From positions 1-26,196 of the forward strand of contig NIVC01005107.1 of assembly GCA_002269645.1 (NCBI GenBank): a stretch of 26,196 bases of DNA. The letters run 5' to 3'. The notes beneath the pieces are model-generated. The model was not told the origin of the DNA. It saw nothing but the letters and a program-made list of their open reading frames with translations, and searched no databases. Position 1 is the first letter of the stretch, and each line of letters begins with the position of its first letter. A program made the position numbers and the translations under genes. Positions 1 to 9,761 of this stretch are shown here, in pieces. The DNA comes from Macrostomum lignano (lineage: Eukaryota).

Positions 1-92
1 CCTTGATACAGAATCAAAGGTGAGATTCTTAATATTCATTGCAAGGGTGAGTTCGAAGCGCAAGCCTCACCAGTCAGCCTCTCCTCTACCAG

Positions 93-235
93 GCGCATTC
101 TTCTGTCTAAGTACCTACCTGAGCTGGCGGACGCCGACCTGAGAGTCGAACCCGGCCCTGCTGGATCGGCCGGCGAACGGCGGCGTTCGAACTAAACTGG
201 AGACCGTGATTGTTCGGCCGCGGCAGCTCATGTCC
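93..235 (+). CDS. Probable upstream AC exon (end of C1a domain), apparently frameshifted
   Basis: Acceptor ctctcctctaccAG at 91-92 and donor GTGAGT at 236. Frame from 94 reads RILLSKYLPELADADLRVEPG (resembles C1a GRVHIS...EVEPG) but stops at 193-195; the +1 frame reads KLETVIVRPRQLMS and ends in phase 0, matching exon 965. Confidence 0.45.
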
Positions 236-339
236 GTGAGTTGGAGCAGAGAGAAGATGAAGGGTTCCCACTGATTTTTTAAGTTCGGCGAGATACCTAG
301 TAACGGGAACTAGGTATAATGAGTCGATTTAAATATAGC

Positions 340-905
340 ATAGCAACCATAGCAACCAACAGCGACCGCATAGCAATGCCAGCAAGAGCAGAACAACAAC
401 ATAACAACCGCATAGTAACCGCATTGAAACCGCATAGAAACGCATAACCGCAGAGTGATCGGATAGTAACAACATACAACCGCAAACAACGGCATAGCAC
501 CACATAGCAACCGCAAAAAAACGGCATAGCAAACGCATAACCGCATAGAAACCGCATAGTAACCGCAGAGTGATCGGATAGTAACAACATACAACCGCAA
601 AACAACGGCATAGCACCACATAGCAACCGCAAAAAAACGGCATAGCAACCGCATAGCAACCGCATAGAAACCGCATAGTAACCGCAGAGTGATCGGATAG
701 TAACAACATACAACCGCAAAACAACGGCATAGCACCATAGCAACCGCAAAAAACGAGCATAGCAACCGCATAGCAACCGCATAGAAACCGCATAGAAACC
801 GCATAGTAACCGAAGAGTGATCGGATAGCAACAACATACAACAGCGTAGCAACCGCGTAGCAACCGTATAGCAACCGCATAGCAACCGCATAGCAAGCAA
901 TAGCA
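340..905. repeat. Composite minisatellite: 11-bp GCATAGCAACC monomers organised in four ~120-bp higher-order units
   Basis: Marker GAGTGATCGGATAG recurs at 453, 568, 687 and 815. Confidence 0.9.
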
Positions 906-964
906 ACCTTCGGGGAAACTATTGGAGCTAAAATTTCTTCCTACAATGTCTTCTTCTATTGCAG

Positions 965-1108
965 TCATCCAAGAGCAGCTCGAGACAGCAGCATCATCTG
1001 GACGAGCGGACCGAAGGACTCAGACGGTTGAGCCAGTTCGCCAATCACCAGTGCGAATCGCCGTTCCAGTACATTGGCGAGACTAAAGTCAACCAGGCTC
1101 AGCGAATG
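965..1108 (+). CDS. AC exon (C1b region)
   Basis: ttctattgcAG acceptor, GTAATT donor, 48 open codons SSKSSSRQQ...NQAQRM, phase 0/0. Confidence 0.75.
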
Positions 1109-4100
1109 GTAATTACCGGGCTGCAAACACTTGATCAAGTTTTTTAGCAAAGCTGAGTAATCAGCTGATTGACTACTCTGACAGCTGGTCAGTTGAATTT
1201 TCAGTGAAAATCGTCAATAGAGTGGTCAGTTGACCAACCCTCTAATCGAACTTCCATTGCGAAGTTTAGCTGACTCCATTTTTAGGGGACCCCGAACCTA
1301 AAAATCTATGGGTAGGTCAATCTAATTATTGACCCCAATCTAATAATCTATAGGGAGGTCAGTTGACCCCCAATCGAATTTTCTAAAGGGAGGTCAGTTG
1401 ACCCCAATCTAATTATCTATAGGGGAGGTCATTTGAACCCCAAGATAATAACCTAAAGGAGAGGTCACTTCACTTTCAATTTAGTTAACTATTGCGAAGG
1501 TCAGTTGACCCCAATATAATAATCTATAGGGGAGGTCAGTTGACCCAACTCATCTTAAATTCGATCTGCTGGCCTCTATCTATCAATTTGTGTAAAAACT
1601 TCACAACTTTAAATGTTAACAAATCTTTCAGAAGCTGACCGAGGAACTTCTGAAGTGCCAGCCCTCAGGAAAAATGTAAGAATCCTAACAACTCGTGGAA
1701 AATGTATTCGAACAAATTTTAAAAGTACATATTCGAACCCACCTCGCAGCAGGAGTTCCGGTGGCAGCTCCAGTCCTCTCATTGGGAACGGGCACGCGGC
1801 TTCGTTCAAAGGCACCGAACTCACCCGCCTGGGCAGCGTCAAGACTTCGTCGACCTCTTCAGGCTGCGGTGGTCAAGTAGCTGCTAGCGGCGCCTCAACA
1901 ACCGTGCTGAGGCGCTGCCGAACCAGCATGAACCCGGTGACGCTGAAGTTCTCAACTCAGGCTAAAGAGAATGAGGTGAGCAGGAGTGCTTAAGTTGAAC
2001 TCGAACCGAAAGTTTGGTTATAGCTTTTGTTTAAGAATTCGAAATTCAGTCTTGACAACAGCTTAGCAAATCGCATGGCAACTGCGTAGAAATAGCATAG
2101 CAACCGCACAGCGACTGCATAGCAATCAAAAAGCATCGGCGTAGCAACCGTGTAGCAACTGTACAGCAAGCGAGAAACGTAATGAAAAAGCAATCAGCAT
2201 AACAACCGCATAGAAACCGTGTACCAACCGCATAGTAACTACATGTACGTAACTCGTAAACAGTAATGAGATAGAAACAGCTATCTCAGCAACCTCAAAG
2301 CAACAGCATAGCAACCGCATCGCAACCGCATCGCAACCGCATCGCAACCGCATAGCAACCGTATGGCAACTGCATAGCAACCACATAGCAACAATATAGC
2401 AACCGCATAGCAACCGCATAGCAATCGCATAGCAACCGCATAGCAATCGCATAGCAACCGCATAGCAATCGCATAGCAACCGTATGGCAACCGCAGAGCA
2501 ACTGCGTACCAACCGCGTTGTAACTAAACAGTAATCAATCAGATAGATACAACCTAGTCTCTACATTGCTTTAAAATAGTATAGCAACCGCTTAGCAACC
2601 CCACAGCAACTGCATAACAACCGAGTAAAATAATAGTTTGAATCGGTCTCGCCCTAAACAGTACAAAAAAACGACGAAAAGATGTCATTCATTTTGCTTA
2701 GAATTTATTCGCTAAATACATTGCAACTGAAAACTCAAACAAACAATTCCAGTACCACAGACAGGAGGATCACACATTCGGAGCGGCAATGCTAGCGGCC
2801 CTATTCATTTTGCTAATTAGCGCCAGCCTTCAGGCTTCAGTGCTGCCCAGGTGAGCTCTTCGCGGAGAAAATGTAGAGATGCTGTTAAAAGCTGTTTTAA
2901 TTAATTATTAATGAACCCTTCCCCATTTTAGAACCATGCTGCTATTGCTGCTATTCATGATTGCGTTCACCTGGATTGGCATGATGCTCATGGTGTTGCT
3001 GGCTGCCAGGCTTAAGGTGAGCAAATTCAAATCAAGTTTGAGTTGGACTCCAATGAACCGCTCCATGCACCTATCTTGTCCCAGATTTGAAGGCCTTGAA
3101 CGGATGGCTTGTTATGTCACACAAGCGCGCGGATGCGTACGCAGTCATACGCACAGGCACACACTCACACAGGAGTGTACAGCGGCCCTAACTTTATTTA
3201 TCGTTAGTCATGTACACTTCACTGTCCTTAGGGTTGGCCTTCAAAGGTGTTAATTGCACGAGCAGAGCCAAGCCGAGATTCCAATTCTGCCTTAAATTAA
3301 TGTGACTGCACTTGGAATCGAGCCTGGGCCGCTGGCACATCAGAGCGCCGAGTTGGACCACTGGGCTATAAGATATTGAATGGCAGTTACTTTAATCTAT
3401 ACCTGTAGAAATTTATGCACCCCATCAACTATGCAGAGATTAATTGAACAATTTCATTGGTGATTAAGTCACGCGTGAAAGAATCTAAATTCACTGTACA
3501 CAATGCAGTAATTGTGAAAACAACCAATTTCCAATCGACAGTGCCTGGAATTCAACATTCAGAGCTCATTCGTCATACGAGTGGTTGTCATCATTACTTC
3601 GGTTCTGTTTGTGTACGCCGTATCGCAGGCCAATGTGGTGAGCTGAGCTGGCGTTTAGTGCTGTCGGGCTTGGGCTGGAGGTGGTTTTAGGATTTTCAAC
3701 CGAATTTATTGATTATTTGGCATCGGTTTTCAGTTCTGCTGCCGTTCGACAGTGGGCAACAGGACCACGTACGGCCCGATTCTGCAGGACTCGGACAACT
3801 CACTGGAGCTGCAGTGCCCGCTGCCGGACTTCATTTACCTGTCTGGCACCCTCTGCCTGATCTTGGTGGCTGTGTTCGCATCGCTGCCCTCCTTCATCAA
3901 GCTGTTCCTGCTCGTGGCCGTGTCCACCACCTTCGGCCTGACTGTAGCTGTCACGCATCGTCCGCTGTTCTCGCTGGTTGACTCCGATGTCAGAGGGCTG
4001 GCGAGTCTGTCCGGTCTGGCCGCCTCCGCTCACGACATGTCAGCTGGCCCTGTGCCAACCTTTGTCTGGGGCCTCGTCTGCCTGACCGCTTTCTCCATCT

Positions 4101-7100
4101 TGATCTTCGTGCACTCTCGGTTTCACGAGTTCGCCCAGCGACAGGAGTTCCAGTGGAAGTCGCAGGTGAGCTTCCATGATAGCCTAGAGTTTTAGCCTAG
4201 TGGCTAGAGCGTCGGAATTGAGACTGAAAGGTCCGGGGTTTCATTCTCGACCCACTCGTAACAATCTATAGTCCTTGACTTCTTGAGCAAGGCATTTAAC
4301 TCTGCATTGCTTCAGATCACCCAGCTGTAAAATGGGTGCCAGCATTAGCTGGAGTAATTCTAGGGGATCTTTGGACTGAACAGCCGTACGCAACCTTCAG
4401 ATTTACTCGGGCTCGAGCTGTCGGTTGCACATCTGCCCATTAGAAGATGGAATAGGAGAGGAGAGGGAGGGGATTAGAGAGTAGGGAGCTGAGAAGAGAC
4501 ACAAACCCTGAGCGGCCCAGATTGCCATTGTGAAGTTTCAAAGGACCCGAGGGCCGGATAGAAAGGCTTTGTGGGCCGGAGTTTGCCGATCCTGAATAGC
4601 AAATGAATCACATATTTGCTTCTCCTGTGGTAAATTCAAAATGTTTTTTTAGAGAAAAAGTTTAAATAATAGTATGGGGTAGCGGAAGCTCTCACAATTC
4701 TGTTGTGTTTTAATTGAGGATTTTGCAAAGATTTTCTTTTTAATAGAAAAATCAACATTTCTACTTAGCAGACTTACAACCCTCGTACAGCCCAAATCGA
4801 ATCATTCTCTTTCATTTTTAACGAATATTTTTTCAGTCCGCCGAGAACCAGCACGACATGTTCCTGGTGAAGGAGGCCAGTTGCTGTTTGCTGAAAAATC
4901 TGCTGCCGCAGCACGTTGCGCTGCATTTCACGGATACGACTTATCGAAATCCTGTGGTGAGTACAGCTGGTAGCGGGTTTCACTTATTTAATTAATCTAA
5001 TCTATTTAAATCAGCTGATAGCAATGATAGAAATATCCTATTCGAGTGTAACGTCAAGTGCAATTCACCAGAAGAATAGGAGCTCGACTTTTTCTGACAA
5101 ATTTATTCATAGACAGCTTATTCATATTTACATAGGGAACTTGGCATGTAGTGTATATTGATAGAATAAGAGGCACAGATAGAGAGGGTTACACAGACTC
5201 GAGGTCAGTTGCCAGGCCACGAATTATTATAAGCATAACTCCGACGCGCAACGACGAAGCGTCGCACTAGAGGCCCGAAATGCCCTCCCCTCATCCACTC
5301 TGGCCCAGCAAACCTTACCGAATGCCTTGATGGATGGGGCATGCCAAAGCCAAAGCCTGCCCCTGCCACCGAGTGCCGGTGGGGTTTGCCGGTTGTTGCG
5401 CAGGGAATGAAGCCGAAAAAAGCGACGCGGAACTATAGGAAAAACTTGCCCGATTCCTCATCAATATATGCATATCTGCGCGTGCCTCGCGTGCCCGCAT
5501 TCGAGCTTGGGTGAGTCATCAGAGCTAGCTGGAGAGGAGAAAACTTCACTATGGCTGGGGGTTTCGGGAGTTTGACGCGCGCGGTTTCGGTAGCAGTCAT
5601 AACTTCGGTTCCCCAGTTGGGAGTATGCTGGGCTGAAGCCGGGAAAGCCTTCGAGTTTCGACCTGTGCAGCAGGGAGCCAGAGGGATGTGGAGTGCGTAG
5701 GAATTTCACAAAAAGCTAGAAAACCGTTTTTACTGACAGAGAAGCTCAGGGGTTAAGGCGTTTGACTCCAGGCACCAAAGTACCTGGGCCACACAAATTT
5801 GAGGCTCGTGAAAAAATTTACCTGACGTTTGGCACGAAAAATCGCCCATGAGGGCCAAAGCCCCAGGTCACAGAGTGAGAAATGCCTGCCAATGAGAAAG
5901 TCAGGGCCGTCTGTACATCCTGTGGATTTTTGCCTGCATTTCCGTGCGCCTTTGTGTGCTCTTTTGATGCCCTCCCCTAACGTCTCTCGCCAACACAGGA
6001 TCTGTACGCCCAAGAGTACCAGCTGCTGGGCATCCTGTGGGCCAATCTACCGGATTGGCAGCCAGCTCCTGGCACTGAGGCTCCCCTGCTTGTCCAGGAG
6101 AGCATCCGGGTGCTCAATGACGTCATCTGCGAGCTGGACGAGCTAATTCAACGTGCCGACCGACACCAGGAGCTCGTCAAAGTGCGCACAGTTGGGGAAA
6201 ACTATGTAGTAGCTGTTGGCATGAATCCGCAACTGCAGGACAACCCGGCCAGCAAGCTGTTCCACCTTACCGGTCTGGTCCAGCTGGCCCAGCTGATGCG
6301 CCGCAGGGTGGCTGAACTCAACGCCACACTGTACGAGGATCGCATCCGTATGCGGGTTGGCATCGACCTCGGACCCGGCTTCTGCGGCGTGGTCGGCGGC
6401 TCCAGGCCAGTTTTCGACATCTGGGGCCAGGCAGCATCTATTTCGAAAGTGCTGGCCTCAGCGGCCGGTCCCGGACAGATCCTAGTGTCCGAACGTGTGC
6501 ACCGGGTGGCTCAGCAGCAGTTCGACTTTACCGAGCATTCGTCGCACAACGTTGACGGCTTGCGAGTTCGCGCCATGGTGCTGCGCGAGGGCCGACCGGC
6601 CACGTCCTCTAGCCGAAATTCTCAAGTGACTGTAAATTCCACTGGCTTCCGTCAGCATCAAGGCAGTCAGCAACACCATCATCAACCGAGCCGCCGACAA
6701 AATAGCCCGCTAGAGTCGCCACAAGAAGCTTTCTCGGTGCTACAGGCCGGAGTCTCCAATAACATTTACTCTGCCCACTGCGGCAGCGGTTCCGGCCTCA
6801 AGCCGATACCCGAGACGCACACACGGAGCGTGGTCGCTGCTGAAACGCAGACGCCGACTCTGCCACCGCCGCCTCCGCCACCTCAACTTCAGCCTCAGAT
6901 TCAACCGCAGCCTCACCAGCAGAAGCCGCAGAGGCCTCGAAGAATTAGCGACACCGTTGCCAGTAGGTCATCCCTGAGCAGTTTCCTCATGCACGAGAGT
7001 GCCGCCTTTCAGTCGGCGGCTAGGCATCCGCCGGGTGACACGCTCGATCAGATTGTCACCTCTGACGAAGATGAAGTAGCAACTGAGGCTACGGACAACG

Positions 7101-9761
7101 CCGCTGCAGTCAGCGCTTCGGCTACCGCCTCTGCTGAGATGCCGGGGCCGGTGAGCCACAGAAACCCGCTGTACACTGACACTGAGTACGATTCTATGGC
7201 TGAGAGTAGCGCAAACATCTTCATGGAGATGGCGGCTGTGAAGTCATCGGCTCCCGTGCCGCCTCCGCCGCGACCTCCACGTGGCAGTCACGGTCATAGC
7301 ACCAGCATGACGCGATCGAACTCCGACACCAGTGGACATCACCAGTCTCAGCCTCAGCACCAATACCGGCCTCCTCCGCCAGTAGCCGCAGCTCGCGCTT
7401 CTGGAAAGTCTCGCACCTCAGCAAGCCCATCAGCCGAAGGTAGCCAGCGCAGCACGCCCAGTGCCCGTCACCTAGACTTCCCCGAGTATACGCGCCCGAG
7501 TCCTCCGATCTTGTCGCCAGCCAGTCGGCTGAGTGACTCCTCTGGAGGTAGCCGTTGCGGCGCTGGAGGCTTGAAGACTTCACCGCCATCAGACACGGCT
7601 GGGGCCACTTTGTCGCTTCCACCAATTGAGGCACCGATCTCTACAGCGTCCGCGACATCAACCAGCGCAGAACCCTCGCAGCGTTCAAACGCAGCCGCCA
7701 ATACTGGCTGGGAAACGACGAACACATGCAGCGGCTCTACTGTGCCTCCAGTACTGTTCCGATTGGCCAAGGAACGCAGCGGAGCGTTCCGACTGGCGCC
7801 AGTAGCTCCACCGACGACTTCAAGTAGTGGCATCGGCGGAGTAGCGTCTGGCGGTGCGGCTGTTGGCGACTCGCTGCTTTCACTGGTCTCCGACTCCATT
7901 GGTGGGGGTCTGACCAGCGGTGACGAGGACGACAACACAGATGGAGGAGTCAGCGGTCGCGGCGGTCGCGATGGCGGCTGCGACACAGACCTGGATGCAC
8001 TTCGCGGCCTGCAGAGCGACGACGGCGAGATCAGCGACGTTCTGGTGAGCGACATCGACGAGGACTGCACCAACTTTTTCCAATACGTGCCGCAGGCGTA
8101 CAGACCGTCGGCGCCGCCGTCTCTGCAGACACCGACAGCGGCAACTGCGGCAAACGACATCGGTAGTGACAGTCGATTTAGAGGGAACTGCAATGCAGGT
8201 ATGACCTTACCTTTTTATTTAAATTATAGTGTGTAAAGAAACGGTTTTTAATAGTTCAATGAACTCCAAAAACATTGAACCAGGAGAGCCAGAGGCAGCA
8301 CTGATGCGCGCCTGGCCAGAAGAGGCAGCCGCTGCCGCCCTCTCTGACGCGGACCCGTCCTACTGCGAGCCTCCGGTCACGGCATCGTACCCTCCACCCG
8401 GGTCAGAGCCGCCGACGCCGGTACCCGCGCAGCGTCGGCTGCCGCAAGTGGCGCCGGTTGGCCTGCCGAACTTTGGCTTTTTACCGCCGACTTCCACTGC
8501 AAGCGTGGCCATCTCTAGCGAAGATCTTGGCAGAGTAAGCGACGGAGAAGTCCTGTTGACGCCATTGAACGCCGGACGTAGATTGCCAGCTCCGAGACCG
8601 CGCCAGCCCAGGCAGAAAACTGGAGAATATGACAACGGCGGAGACACCGACTTCGACGAGTACGGCTACGAAACTAGAGCCGAGGATGACGAAGATGAAG
8701 AGGAGGCTGGCTATTCGTGCGATGTTCCGTCGAGCGCGTACGAAACGCACTCTGAGGCGGAAGATGCGCCAGGGCTCAGGCGCAGCTTTGGCTACAACGG
8801 GTACAGCGGCCACCGGGGTGGCTATCAGAACGGCTTCGGCCGGCTGTTGCAGCCGCCGCATCAAGCTTCCTCACTGACGCCGAACGACACAACTTCGACG
8901 CCGGCATCCAAGAAGTCCGACTACGACAACATGACCGACGAGTCCGACTTCCCGCAGCGGCTGCGAGCTGCCGGTCTGCCGTTTGCTATCGGCAGCGGCA
9001 TGGAAGACAGCTTTCACGAGCGCATCGCCGCGGAGGCACGTCGAATTAGCAGCGTCTTCCGGCGCGACTTCTGCATGCCGGACGGAGCAGACTTATCCGA
9101 GGGCGAGGTGCCCGACCGGCTGTGCCACCGGCAGACTCTTGCGGCGCTGTTGGCTCCGATGCAGCCCACAGAGCAGCAGGGGAAGCAGCAGGCGCTGCCA
9201 GTGCCGCTTCAGCGGGGCAACTCGCACGATCGGACTCGGCCATCCAGCGGCCTGTCTATGTTCGGCTCGCTCGACCGGGCCAGTCGAGGTCAGAACTCGA
9301 CCCCGGGTCAGCCTCGCTTCCGAATGCATCATCAACAGCCGCTGCAGCACCAGTCGGCCGTTGCTGTCAACGGAACATCGCCAGATTGCGCCCTACGACG
9401 GGCATCGAGCCTCGATCAGCTGCAGGCCGCAGTCGCCAACGCGTCGGCGGTCGCCGCCGCCGCGGCTACCCTGGAGCTAGGCGCCGACGCCGACGCGGCC
9501 GACTTGGCCGCACGAAACGGCGTCATTAATGGGCAGGCGCGCGGACTGCCGCAAAGTTTCCAACGGTTCGTGGCTCGTCACGGCAAAATGCGCAGCGTCC
9601 TGCCACCGGAGCTGCAGCGCTACATCCTGCCCGGCTGCATCAGCAGCAGCTCTCTGGCCACCAGCGTCGAGTACCCGAGCGATCCGAGCATGCAGTACAG
9701 CGCCTACGAATCCGAGTACGATAATTACTATTACGAACCGAGAAAGTCCACAGTGGTATAA
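965..9761 (+). CDS. Transmembrane adenylyl-cyclase-like protein, 3' part (C1b, M2 helices, degenerate C2, long tail); join(965-1108,1632-1675,1753-1975,2753-2850,2932-3016,3542-3637,3734-4165,4837-4956,5999-8198,8284-9761); 5' end outside window
   Basis: Ten GT-AG exons whose phases chain without a break (4920 nt, 1639 aa plus stop). AC hallmarks: MNPVTLKF..ENEY (start of M2), hydrophobic TM exons, LLKNLLPQHVALHF, DLYAQEY, LNDVICELDEL, MRVGIDLGP..GVVG..RPVFDIWG. Subtype not assigned. Confidence 0.9.
1185..1550. repeat. ~35-bp minisatellite with AGGTCAGTTGACCC core
   Basis: AGGTCA at 1356, 1391, 1426, 1462, 1498 and 1533, with degenerate copies at about 1187, 1223 and 1314. Confidence 0.85.
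1632..1675 (+). CDS. AC micro-exon (44 nt) KLTEELLKCQPSGK
   Basis: tctttcAG acceptor, GTAAG donor; phase 0/2 is exactly what is needed to join exon 965-1108 to exon 1753-1975. Confidence 0.7.
1753..1975 (+). CDS. AC exon ending RTSMNPVTLKFSTQAKENE
   Basis: CAGCAG tandem acceptor (start 1750 or 1753), GTGAG donor at 1976; conserved pre-M2 motif. Confidence 0.8.
2060..2630. repeat. 11-bp CATAGCAACCG tandem array, same family as 340-905
   Basis: Near-perfect core at about 2305-2520 with degenerate flanks. Confidence 0.9.
2753..2850 (+). CDS. AC transmembrane exon YHRQEDHTFGAAMLAALFILLISASLQASVLP
   Basis: ttccAG acceptor, GTGAG donor, hydrophobic helix, phase 0/2. Confidence 0.85.
2932..3016 (+). 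CDS. AC transmembrane exon RTMLLLLLFMIAFTWIGMMLMVLLAARLK
   Basis: ccattttAG acceptor, GTGAG donor, phase 2/0, hydrophobic helix. Confidence 0.88.
3310..3370 (-). mobile_element. tRNA-Glu-derived SINE head or tRNA pseudogene fragment
   Basis: Minus strand TAGCCCAGTGG (A box) ... TCGGCGCTCTGATGTGCCAGCGGCCCAGGCTCGATTCC closely follows tRNA-Glu(CTC) TCGGCGCTCTCACCGCCGCGGCCCGGGTTCGATTCC; no intact acceptor stem. Confidence 0.6.
3542..3637 (+). CDS. AC transmembrane exon CLEFNIQSSFVIRVVVIITSVLFVYAVSQANV
   Basis: cgacAG acceptor, GTGAG donor, phase 0/0, hydrophobic helix. Confidence 0.85.
3734..4165 (+). CDS. AC exon encoding the last M2 helices to EFAQRQEFQWKSQ
   Basis: ggttttcAG acceptor, GTGAG donor, 144 codons with three hydrophobic segments and an AC-type R.EF.WK.Q motif. 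Confidence 0.88.
4191..4600 (+). mobile_element. tRNA-derived CORE-SINE-like element
   Basis: A box TAGCCTAGTGG at 4193-4203, degenerate B box GTTTCATTC at 4238-4246, then CTTGAGCAAGGCATTTAAC...CTGTAAAATGGG resembling the CORE domain; the 3' part includes a 34-bp block shared with 19932-19965. Right boundary approximate. Confidence 0.65.
4837..4956 (+). CDS. AC exon SAENQHDM...LLKNLLPQHVALHF...RNPV
   Basis: tttttcAG acceptor, GTGAGT donor; LLxNxLPxHVAxHF is the conserved pre-C2 coiled-coil motif. Confidence 0.9.
5999..8198 (+). CDS. AC exon: C2 cyclase-homology domain (about 5999-6583) plus Ser/Pro/Ala/Gln-rich tail
   Basis: caacacAG acceptor, open for 2200 nt, GTATGA donor at 8199 (phase 1). 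Confidence 0.9.
8284..9761 (+). CDS. AC terminal exon, low-complexity acidic/Pro-rich tail ending EYDNYYYEPRKSTVV*
   Basis: An 85-nt AT-rich intron (8199-8283, GT...ccAG) joins the two long ORFs in phase 1; stop TAA at 9759-9761, followed by a switch to AT-rich sequence. Confidence 0.85.

Noticed and set aside
297-968. Three overlapping Cys/Ala/Leu-rich minus-strand ORFs (also 2126-2512)
   Set aside because: They are translations of the 11-bp satellite inside AC introns, open in several frames at once.
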